Shown one piece after another: positions 1-7,356 of a stretch of DNA of 19,263 bases. The position numbers were made by a program, and so were the translations under genes. The notes below the pieces were generated by a model, which searched no databases, was not told the DNA's origin, and saw only the letters and a list, made by a program, of their open reading frames with translations. The first letter of the stretch is position 1. The number at the start of each line of letters is the position of its first letter. The DNA is taken from the NCBI GenBank assembly GCA_036478295.1, contig JAZGDW010000220.1, positions 1 to 19,263 of the forward strand. Direction: 5' to 3'. This stretch comes from Candidatus Krumholzibacteriia bacterium (lineage in GTDB: Bacteria > Krumholzibacteriota > Krumholzibacteriia > WVZY01).

Positions 1-921
1 ATCATCTGGAACTCCGGCAACCTGTCGTCCACTCTGATGAACGACGGCGGCGTGTTTGCCGGTGGCGGAAGTGCGGATAAGTCTCCGGACTTCGACCTGA
101 TCTTCACCTTCCTGGACCTGGACGACGACAATCCGGGCGTCTGGTATAGCGCAGACGACGCCGCGACGGATTGGGCCCTCGTGCTGGTCGGCGCGTCCGC
201 TGTGAACACGCGGTCGATTTACATGAACTTCAACCTGGACCCGCTGGCTCCCGCGGGCGATCACAAGAACGCCGGCGAGCCGATCAGCCCGGTCCTGGAT
301 GGAGTGGACACGTGGAACGCCGGGGAACAGTATGTGGCCTACGGTGGCTGTGCGCTGATCAACGACTTCGATCTTCTCTCAGCCACGGGTCTCTCCGTTG
401 CCGCGTATAACAATACGAGTAGCGGTCTGACCTACGTCCTTACCCAGACGACGCCGAACTCGGCGGCAAGCACTGCGCGTTTCGTGCTGTCCGGGCATAG
501 TTATCATTATGTTCGTGACGTCGGAGCCCCGGGATCCGTCCCGGCGCGTGTGACGCACCTGGTGAACATCATTCAGAACTTCCTGGGTGATCCCCTCGCC
601 CCGCCGACCGGTTTCGACGGTGTACCCCAGCATGCGAATTTGCTCGAGACCAACTATCCGAACCCGTTCAACCCGACGACGCACATCACCTTCGAAATCA
701 AGGCACGGGGCCACGTGACGCTCCGCATATACAACGTCGCCGGTCAGTTGGTGAGGACGCTCATCAATGAAGAGTTGGCGGCAGGTCGCTACGAAAACCG
801 CCGATTTAACGTTTGGGACGGCACGAATGACGCGGGGCAAGAGGTCGGCAGCGGGGTTTATTTCTATAGATTAAGGGCCACGAATTTCACGCAGACGAGG
901 AAGCTGGTGCTTTTGAAGTGA
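1..921 (+). CDS. 5'-truncated large secreted-type protein with C-terminal FlgD-Ig/T9SS type A-like sorting domain; paralog of the 16071..19142 protein
   Basis: Frame is open from base 1 (IIWNSGNLSSTL precedes the track's ATG at 37). It ends in NYPNPFNPTTHITFEI...LRIYNVAGQLVRTL...WDGTNDAGQEVGSGVYFYRL...TRKLVLLK-stop and aligns by eye with the C-terminal ~300 aa of the last ORF. Confidence 0.88.
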   Translation: MIWNSGNLSSTLMNDGGVFAGGGSADKSPDFDLIFTFLDLDDDNPGVWYSADDAATDWALVLVGASAVNTRSIYMNFNLDPLAPAGDHKNAGEPISPVLDGVDTWNAGEQYVAYGGCALINDFDLLSATGLSVAAYNNTSSGLTYVLTQTTPNSAASTARFVLSGHSYHYVRDVGAPGSVPARVTHLVNIIQNFLGDPLAPPTGFDGVPQHANLLETNYPNPFNPTTHITFEIKARGHVTLRIYNVAGQLVRTLINEELAAGRYENRRFNVWDGTNDAGQEVGSGVYFYRLRATNFTQTRKLVLLK

Positions 922-986
922 GTATGTCGCTGTCCCGCCACGGGCTCAAGCGGCGAATACGGTAACAGTAGTCTTGCAGAAATGGC

Positions 987-3095
987 CTACACCTCGTACA
1001 ACTCCGGCTCCCAGGTGAGCCCCAGCTCGCTCGGTGGGGCCATGTACCCGAGCAATGCGGATGCGGCCACCACTGCGGGGCTTGCCAGGTAGCCTTCACC
1101 ACCGAAGCCCATGCGGTTTTGCCAGTTGCGATTGAAGGACGTGATCGCACGTTCACCCTCTTCGAGTGCGTCTTCCCCCTGGCCGAAACAGGGACCGCAC
1201 CATGAATTACGAATGACCGCGCCGGCCGCACATAACACCTCCGCGACGGACTCGCCGCCGAGACGGGGCTCGGCCTCTTCGATGCGCTTCTTCACACCAC
1301 CCGATCCCGGGAATATCACAAAAGTCGTGCCTGCTTTCTTGTGGCCTTTCTCCCGCGCGGCGCGAACGACGAGCGCCGCCTGCAGGAGGTCGTCGTAACT
1401 GCCGTTCGTGCATGAGCCGATGAAGGCCTTGTCGAAGGTAAGTTTTTCTTTGGCGACTTCTTCGGCGGGAAACGCATTGTCTGGACTGTAGGGCCGCGCG
1501 ATCATGGGCACCACGGCTGAGAGATCGAGCGTCTCGCTGATTTCGTAGTGCGCATTCTTGCCCGGCGTGAGCCTCGGGTACGGCAGGTTCGTCATGCCCG
1601 TGGCCTCGAACCACGCATAGGTCACATCGTCCGCCGCGAAGATACCGTTTTGCGCTTCTCCCTCCGCCATCATGTTGGCGATGGTGTTGCGGTACGCGAT
1701 GGGTAGCTGCCCGATCGCGTCGACGAACTCGACCGACATGCCTTGTGACTGCCTGGTGCCCCAACGCTCGAGCAAGTTGAGCACGATGTCCTTGCCGCTC
1801 ACCCACGGCTGCAGGTTGCCGGTGAACTCCACGCGACGCGCTTTGGCCGGTGTGAAATACACATACCCCGTCGCCCAACCGAATCCCAGTGTCGTGGACC
1901 CCACACCGATACCCACTGCGCCGTACGCGCCGTACGCGCGGCTGTGCGAATCCGCGCCGGGAATGAACTGGCCCGGGTAGACCAGCCCCTGTTCGGGAAA
2001 ATAAAAATGGAAAATCCCGTCGCCCGGGGTCGCGTAGTACGGCTTTTCGATACCGTGGAGTTTGGCGAACTCGCGGCCGATAGACGTCTGCTTGTCGTCG
2101 GATTCCTTGCCCGTAAAGACGAAATGGTCGTTGGCGACCGCGATCTGCCGTGGAAAGATCGCTTTGCCCCCCGTTATCTGGTTGAAAGTATGTATCGCAA
2201 AGGGCGCCGTGCCATCAGACGCCGGCAGCAGATCGGCGTACACACGGATCGTCTCGCCGGGCTTGATCGTTGCCTTCTTGTCGACGCGGTGCGCCCAGAT
2301 GATTTGCTCGGTCGTGGTGAGCCCCGCTGCCGTCTTCGCATCAGGCCACTCGATTGCGGGAGGGGTCTTGACGGATCCGGCGAATTCGCGGCGGCCGATG
2401 GCAAAGATGCCGCCGGTGCGGCGGATCTCGTCCTCTTTGTCGGTTAGCGGCAGTGGCTGGTAGGTTTTGTCCCGCGTGATGTTCTTGAGCTCGCGCGTCT
2501 CCGGGTCGAACGACATGATGTCGACGTCGCGCGCGTCTTCGACGGCCTGCGGGCACTGCACGACATGCAGCCCCAGGTTGAATGCGTTGCGGCGAAAAAT
2601 ATCGCCCATGTTCTCGCCGCACACGACGACCATTTCCAAACCCACTTCGTCGGCGACCGCCTTCAAACCCGCCGGGCTCATCTCGCGCGACGAGCCGATG
2701 GCGAAACGCTCACCGGCAATGATGAACGTCTCTCCCCGATGCACGCGCTCGCGGAAATCGGGCATCAGGTACTTGAATGCGCCTTCCTTCCAGTACTTGT
2801 CGAGGGCATCGAGGCTCTCGGACACGCAGTAGCGGGCCGGCGTAATCTGATCGGTATCGATGGCGTCGAGCTTGTGCAGGGGTCGCTTGGGGTCCCAGAA
2901 GACGAGCGCCTCGCCTTCGATCACGGTTGATGCGGCCTTGCCGGAGGGTGTCGATGCGCTGCCCGGTGCCCCAGTCGACGCGCTGGCCGGCGCCCGCGCG
3001 GCCGGCCCGTTGGGGTGTGGCACCACCAGGTCCGCCGGGTCGATCCCCGGTTTCAGCCGGGCCGGTTGAATGGTGTGAAGCGGTCTTGGGTTCAT
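987..3095 (-). CDS. Aconitase-family [4Fe-4S] hydro-lyase; single-chain fusion of a LeuD-like swivel domain (N-terminal) and a LeuC/HacA-like large domain (isopropylmalate dehydratase/homoaconitase-like)
   Basis: N-half has DAIDTDQITP, GERFAIGSSRE and IFRRNAFNLGL (swivel-domain motifs). C-half has NDH, GIFH, GADSHS, GKDIVL, ANMMAE, GSCTNG, CGPCFG (three Fe-S Cys), SFNRN..NRMG and YLASPAVVAASA. Confidence 0.9.
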   Translation of the reverse strand: MNPRPLHTIQPARLKPGIDPADLVVPHPNGPAARAPASASTGAPGSASTPSGKAASTVIEGEALVFWDPKRPLHKLDAIDTDQITPARYCVSESLDALDKYWKEGAFKYLMPDFRERVHRGETFIIAGERFAIGSSREMSPAGLKAVADEVGLEMVVVCGENMGDIFRRNAFNLGLHVVQCPQAVEDARDVDIMSFDPETRELKNITRDKTYQPLPLTDKEDEIRRTGGIFAIGRREFAGSVKTPPAIEWPDAKTAAGLTTTEQIIWAHRVDKKATIKPGETIRVYADLLPASDGTAPFAIHTFNQITGGKAIFPRQIAVANDHFVFTGKESDDKQTSIGREFAKLHGIEKPYYATPGDGIFHFYFPEQGLVYPGQFIPGADSHSRAYGAYGAVGIGVGSTTLGFGWATGYVYFTPAKARRVEFTGNLQPWVSGKDIVLNLLERWGTRQSQGMSVEFVDAIGQLPIAYRNTIANMMAEGEAQNGIFAADDVTYAWFEATGMTNLPYPRLTPGKNAHYEISETLDLSAVVPMIARPYSPDNAFPAEEVAKEKLTFDKAFIGSCTNGSYDDLLQAALVVRAAREKGHKKAGTTFVIFPGSGGVKKRIEEAEPRLGGESVAEVLCAAGAVIRNSWCGPCFGQGEDALEEGERAITSFNRNWQNRMGFGGEGYLASPAVVAASALLGYMAPPSELGLTWEPELYEV
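2926..2997 (-). repeat. Imperfect 24-bp (8-aa) tandem repeat x3 in the aconitase-family N-terminal linker
   Basis: Protein reads RAPASAST-GAPGSAST-PSGKAAST. On the + strand, gtcgatgcgctgcccggtgccc at 2950 recurs as gtcgacgcgctggccggcgccc at 2974. Confidence 0.65.
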
Positions 3096-3212
3096 TTTTG
3101 AAATGGGATGGTTATCAGAAACGCAGGGCTGAACTTACACCAAAGGTCCATTTGTTTCAACTGTCATCTGCCGGCTCGCACGGCCAGATCGAAGCGCTTC
3201 TTGCGGCGCCCG

Positions 3213-3289
3213 GCCCAGGCTCTCGTTGCTCTCAACCCCCAACTGTTGAGGTAATCACCAGCCCAGGCACTCGTTGCTGCCACCCCCCA
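3213..3289. repeat. Intergenic direct repeat, 18-bp core, period 48 bp
   Basis: gcccaggctctcgttgct (3213-3230) and gcccaggcactcgttgct (3261-3278) differ by 1 mismatch, and each is followed by a C-rich ca(a/c)ccccca segment. Confidence 0.7.
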
Positions 3290-3476
3290 TCCTCCTTGCA
3301 GTCGGCGCCCGGTCCGTTTACAATGGGGCGGGTCGATCCACCGTGCGGCGGCATTGCGATCATGGTGTTTGGCCTGATCGGTGTCATCGAGGCGTTGTGA
3401 CGGCGCCCGTGGTGTGATGGGCCTCACGTGAGTGCCCGCGGCCTCGGGGTGCATCCTGGCGAAGGGGACTATTGAC

Positions 3477-4271
3477 GTGACTGAAACAACGAAAAGGAAA
3501 ACGGCTCTCATAACCGGGGCCTCCTTCGGCATCGGCTACGAGCTGGCCAAACAGTTCGGGAGTGCCGGTTACGACCTGGTTCTCGTCGCCCGCAGCAAGG
3601 CGAAACTCGAAGAGGTCTCCGCCGAGCTGAGAGGTTTGTTCGGCGTCGACGTGGGCGTTGTCGCTAGGGACCTCACCGCCGATCGTGCGCCGGACGAGAT
3701 CTTCGAGAAGCTCCATGCCAACTCCATTTCCATAGACGTCCTGGTCAATAATGCGGGGTTTGGCACGCACGGCCTGTTTTACAAGAATGAAATGAAGAAA
3801 GAGCTGGAGATGATCCGGCTGAACATTACGGCGCTCGTCCACCTGACCCGGCTCTTTCTGCCCGCCATGGTGGAACGGGGCAGCGGCAAGATCTTGAACG
3901 TCGCCTCCACGGCGGCCTTCCAACCCGGCCCGCTCATGGCCGTTTACTACGCCACCAAGGCCTTCGTTGTGTCGTTCTCCGACGCCGTCTCCAACGAAGT
4001 CGAAGACACCGGTGTAACGGTTACGGCGCTCTGCCCAGGGCCGACGTACACCGAGTTCCAGAAACGCGCGGGCATGGAACATTCGAAGCTCTTCGGCCGG
4101 GGCAAGGTGATGACCGCGGAGGACGTCGCGGTCCAGGGTTACCGGGCATTGATGGAAGGCAAAACCATCGTCATCACCGGATTCAAGAACAAGCTGCTCG
4201 CAGGGAGCGTTCGCTTCGCCCCACGGAAGCTGATCAAGAAAGTCGTTCGCTCCATGAATGAAAACCGCTGA
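3477..4271 (+). CDS. Short-chain dehydrogenase/reductase (classical SDR, DltE-like)
   Basis: TGASFGIG Rossmann motif, LVNNAG, NVAST and catalytic YYATK. GTG at 3477 has a GAAGGGGA RBS at 3461-3468, so it is preferred to the track start at 3432. Confidence 0.92.
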   Translation: MTETTKRKTALITGASFGIGYELAKQFGSAGYDLVLVARSKAKLEEVSAELRGLFGVDVGVVARDLTADRAPDEIFEKLHANSISIDVLVNNAGFGTHGLFYKNEMKKELEMIRLNITALVHLTRLFLPAMVERGSGKILNVASTAAFQPGPLMAVYYATKAFVVSFSDAVSNEVEDTGVTVTALCPGPTYTEFQKRAGMEHSKLFGRGKVMTAEDVAVQGYRALMEGKTIVITGFKNKLLAGSVRFAPRKLIKKVVRSMNENR

Positions 4272-4317
4272 CGGCTCGCGAGCATCCACCAATACATCTT
4301 CGAGAAGGGCACTCGTT

Positions 4318-5496
4318 TTGGAGACAACTTACCTGACTCATCTCGAATGCGGCATGTGCGGCCAGGCGCACGATGCGGACACCGTGTGGAACCTCTGCTC
4401 GAGCTGCGACAAGCCGTTGCTCGCGCGCTACGATCTCGACCGCGTCCGGCACGAGGTCGAGCGAGACGATATCGCCGGGCGGCCCCCGAACCTGTGGCGG
4501 TACAGGGAGATGCTGCCGGTCAAGAACCCGCGCTGCCGCCTCACCCTCGGCGAAGGTTTTACGCCCATGGCGCGTGCGCGGCGGCTCGGAGAGACGCTCG
4601 CCTTTGAAAACCTCTATATAAAGGACGAAGGGCTGAACCCGACCGGTTCGTTCAAGGCGCGGGGGCTGGTAATGGCGGTGTCGCGCGCCTTCGAGCTGGG
4701 CACCCGGGCGCTCTCCATCCCCTCCGCTGGCAACGCCGCCGGTGCCATGAGCGCGTACGCCGCACTCGCCGGCCTGGAAGCACACGTCTACATGCCCGCC
4801 GACGTGCCCAAGCCTTTTATCGCCGAGTGTCGTGCGCTCGGTGCCGAGGTGACGTTGGTCGACGGCATCATCACCGATTGCGGCCGCGCGGCGGCCGCCG
4901 ATAACGAACGGTACGGGCGCTTCGACGTCTCCACCCTCAAGGAGCCCTACCGAATCGAAGGCAAGAAAACCATGGGCTACGAGGTCGCCGAGCAGATGAA
5001 CTGGACGTTGCCCGACGTCATTATATACCCGACCGGTGGCGGCACGGGAATGGTAGGCATGTGGAAGGCGTTCGAAGAGATGGAGGCTCTGGGCTGGATA
5101 GGCCCGAAGCGGCCACGCATGGTAACGGTGCAGTCGGACGGCTGCGCGCCGATGGTGCGGGCGTTCGAGAAGGGTGACGAATTCGCCGACCCGTGGCAGG
5201 ATCCCCGCACGATCGCCGACGGCCTGCGGGTCCCGGCCGCGGTGGGTGATTTTCTGATACTACGGGCGCTTCGCGAGAGCGCCGGCACTGCCGTCGCCGT
5301 GTCCGATACTCAGATGCTGGAGGCTTGCAACCTCATGGGCAAGAAGGAGGGTATCTTCGCCGCACCCGAGGGCGGGGCGACCCTGGCGGCCTTCTCAAAG
5401 CTTCGCGATGCCGGGTGGATAAAGGATGGCGACTCGGTGGTCTTGTTCAACACGGGCAGCGGCCACAAGTACTCGTACCTGTGGGATAGAAAATGA
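4318..5496 (+). CDS. thrC: Threonine synthase (fold type II PLP enzyme, short form with N-terminal Zn-ribbon)
   Basis: CxxC...CxxC N-terminus, LWRYREMLP, TLGEGFTP, KDEGLNPTGSFKARG (PLP Lys), SAGNA, PYRIEGKKT, YPTGGG, PEGGATLA and FNTGSGHKY. TTG start at 4318 follows AGAAGGG (the track start at 4258 overlaps the SDR). Confidence 0.85.
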   Translation: METTYLTHLECGMCGQAHDADTVWNLCSSCDKPLLARYDLDRVRHEVERDDIAGRPPNLWRYREMLPVKNPRCRLTLGEGFTPMARARRLGETLAFENLYIKDEGLNPTGSFKARGLVMAVSRAFELGTRALSIPSAGNAAGAMSAYAALAGLEAHVYMPADVPKPFIAECRALGAEVTLVDGIITDCGRAAAADNERYGRFDVSTLKEPYRIEGKKTMGYEVAEQMNWTLPDVIIYPTGGGTGMVGMWKAFEEMEALGWIGPKRPRMVTVQSDGCAPMVRAFEKGDEFADPWQDPRTIADGLRVPAAVGDFLILRALRESAGTAVAVSDTQMLEACNLMGKKEGIFAAPEGGATLAAFSKLRDAGWIKDGDSVVLFNTGSGHKYSYLWDRK

Positions 5497-5570
5497 CAGC
5501 ACACTGTCACTACGACAGCACACTGTCACTACGACAGCACACTGTCACTATGGTAGTATGCTGTCATTTT
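5490..5570. repeat. Three tandem copies of a 19-bp internally palindromic unit enclosed by a perfect 12-bp inverted repeat; fills the gap between convergent genes
   Basis: GACAGCACACTGTCACTA(C/T) occurs at 5495-5513, 5514-5532 and 5533-5551. AAAATGACAGCA (5490-5501) is the exact reverse complement of TGCTGTCATTTT (5559-5570). Confidence 0.9.
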
Positions 5571-6360
5571 ACAACAACCCTTTCACGAACCCGCCGTCCA
5601 CCTGGATCGTAACGCCCGTCACATAGCTCGCCGCCTCCGAGGCGAGGAACGCCACCACGTGGCCCAGCTCCTGCGGCCGCCCGAGACGTCCCATGGGCAC
5701 GTGCTCCTCCCAGCCGGCATACACCTCTTCTACTGACTTCTGATCCTTTTTCGCGAGGCTGGCGGCCAGCTCGTCGAGACGCTCGGTCCGCGTATACCCT
5801 GGCGCGACGTTATTAATGAGCACGTTGTCCCTGGCGAGTTCGTGCGAGACGGATTTCGTGTAGCCGACGAGACCGGCGCGCATCGTGTTGGACACGAGCA
5901 GGTTCGTCTCCGGCTGCTTGACGGTAATGGAGAGGATGTTGACGATGCGGCCCCATTTCTGCTTTTGCATACGCGGGATCGCCGCCCGCATCATGGCGAT
6001 GGTGCTGAGCATTGTCAGGTGAAAGCCGCGCTCGAGCTTCTCGATGTCGACCTCCGCGTAGCCCCCCGGCGGCGGCCCACCCGCGTTGGTCACGAGAACG
6101 TCCAGCCCGTCGAAATGCCCGGCGACGGCGTCCACGAATCCCGCGGCGGCCTCAGGGTCCGAGAGGTCGGCTACGTGTGTGAACACGTCGGCGCCCGTCT
6201 CACCGGCAATACGCTCCGCGGCGGCCCGCACGTTGGCGTCGCTTCGCGAGCAGATCCCGACGCGTGCCCCCTCGCGCGCGATCTCCAGGGCGCAGGCAAA
6301 GCCGAGGCCCTGGCTGGCTGCGGCGACCGCGGCGACCTTGCCGTCCAGTTGTAGATCCAT
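5569..6360 (-). CDS. Atypical SDR oxidoreductase (3-oxoacyl-ACP reductase-like subgroup lacking the YxxxK Tyr)
   Basis: AAASQGLG, LVTNAGGPP, SNTMR in place of YxxxK, NNVAPGYTRTER, PMGRLGRPQE and YVTGVTIQVDGG. GAGGAG RBS lies upstream (ctcctc at 6367-6372). Confidence 0.9.
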   Translation of the reverse strand: MDLQLDGKVAAVAAASQGLGFACALEIAREGARVGICSRSDANVRAAAERIAGETGADVFTHVADLSDPEAAAGFVDAVAGHFDGLDVLVTNAGGPPPGGYAEVDIEKLERGFHLTMLSTIAMMRAAIPRMQKQKWGRIVNILSITVKQPETNLLVSNTMRAGLVGYTKSVSHELARDNVLINNVAPGYTRTERLDELAASLAKKDQKSVEEVYAGWEEHVPMGRLGRPQELGHVVAFLASEAASYVTGVTIQVDGGFVKGLL

Positions 6361-6419
6361 TACATACTCCTCGAATTAGAGCCCCAGCGACGGCGCCTGG
6401 TTCCGCCTCGCCAACCCTC

Positions 6420-6448
6420 TGGACAAGTATGCCATTCTATGGTAGAAT
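6420..6448 (+). promoter_or_regulatory. sigma70-type promoter for the DUF5989-like small gene
   Basis: TGGACA (6420-6425), a 17-nt spacer, then TAGAAT (6443-6448) preceded by an extended -10 TGn. Confidence 0.65.
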
Positions 6449-6518
6449 AACGGCTTACCGGACGGGCGGAAATTGAGCCTGGGTCCGAGACCGGCACCCA
6501 CAGGGAGACTCAAGCGAT

Positions 6519-6698
6519 ATGAAAGCTATCAAGCACTTTTTTGCGAAAATGGCCATCTTCGGCGAGCTCTGGGCGTTCATGCGCATCCGCAAGAAATGGT
6601 GGCTCGGACCGATTTTCTTTTTTCTGCTGGCGCTCAGCCTTCTGATCGTTTTTACGGAAGGGTCCGCGCTCGCGCCGTTTATCTACGCGTTGTTCTAG
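6519..6698 (+). CDS. 59-aa small membrane protein, DUF5989-like (not in the supplied ORF track)
   Basis: Hand translation gives MKAIKHFFAKMAIFGELWAFMRIRKKWWLGPIFFFLLALSLLIVFTEGSALAPFIYALF-stop. The ELWxFMxxRKKWWLxP...S-A-x-APFIYxLF pattern is characteristic of DUF5989. An AGGGAG RBS is at 6502-6507. Confidence 0.88.
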   Translation: MKAIKHFFAKMAIFGELWAFMRIRKKWWLGPIFFFLLALSLLIVFTEGSALAPFIYALF

Positions 6699-6736
6699 GA
6701 CGCGGCAGATATTGCGGCACAAGAACTCAGGGGACC

Positions 6737-6769
6737 AAAGGCCGGGTTGCGTGGGCAGCCCGGCCTTTT
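6737..6769. terminator. Intrinsic terminator, probably bidirectional, between the DUF5989-like gene and cobO
   Basis: AAAGGCCGGGTTGC-gtgg-GCAGCCCGGCCTTTT forms a 14-bp stem with one G-U pair, flanked by A-tract and T-tract, between convergent stop codons. Confidence 0.8.
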
Positions 6770-7322
6770 AGAATTCTATCCCCTTCTGTGCGTAGATCCC
6801 CTCATTGAATGGATGCTTGATCTCGCGCATCTCGGTCACGAGGTGGGCCAGGTCGATGAGCTCCTGCGGTGCGCCCCGCCCCGTGAGAATGATGTGCATG
6901 TCCGCGGGCTTCTTCTCCAGCGCCGCGACCACGTCCTCCACGTCGAGGTAGCCGTAGTCCAGCGCGTTATTGATTTCATCAAAAATCAAGAGGTCGTGCT
7001 CGTTCGCCTCGATGAGCTGCTTGCAAAAATCCCACGCCTTGTAGGCCACCTCGCGGTCGCGTTTCTTGTCTTTGGTCTCCCAGGTGAAACCTTCGCCCAT
7101 CGGCTTGATCTCGAAATAAGGTGCCAGTTTTTCTACCGCGTGCAGCTCGCCGTAATCCCACGAGCCCTTGATGAATTGAACGACGAAGACCTTGAAACCG
7201 GAGCCGACGGCGCGCAAGGCCGTCCCCAGGGCCGCGGTGGTTTTGCCTTTGCCGTTGCCCGTGTTGACCATAATGAGGCCCACGCGTTTCTGGCCACCTC
7301 TTTTTTTGAGACTCTTTTTCAC
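6768..7322 (-). CDS. cobO: Cob(I)yrinic acid a,c-diamide adenosyltransferase (CobO/BtuR/CobA-type)
   Basis: VNTGNGKGKTTAALG P-loop, VQFIKG, GEGFTW, LLIFDEI, ILTGRGAP, LVTEMREIKHPF and AQKGIEF. Confidence 0.93.
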   Translation of the reverse strand: MKKSLKKRGGQKRVGLIMVNTGNGKGKTTAALGTALRAVGSGFKVFVVQFIKGSWDYGELHAVEKLAPYFEIKPMGEGFTWETKDKKRDREVAYKAWDFCKQLIEANEHDLLIFDEINNALDYGYLDVEDVVAALEKKPADMHIILTGRGAPQELIDLAHLVTEMREIKHPFNEGIYAQKGIEF

Positions 7323-7356
7323 TCACGAAATACTACACCAGCACCGGTCGCCGTGG

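Noticed and set aside
5495..5551. CRISPR array
   Set aside because: The 19-bp units are directly adjacent with no unique spacers, and there are no cas genes in the window.
6473..6808. Track ORFs 6473..6808 (+) and 6510..6722 (-)
   Set aside because: They are superseded by the 59-aa ORF 6519..6698 in another frame, which has an RBS, promoter, terminator and family signature.
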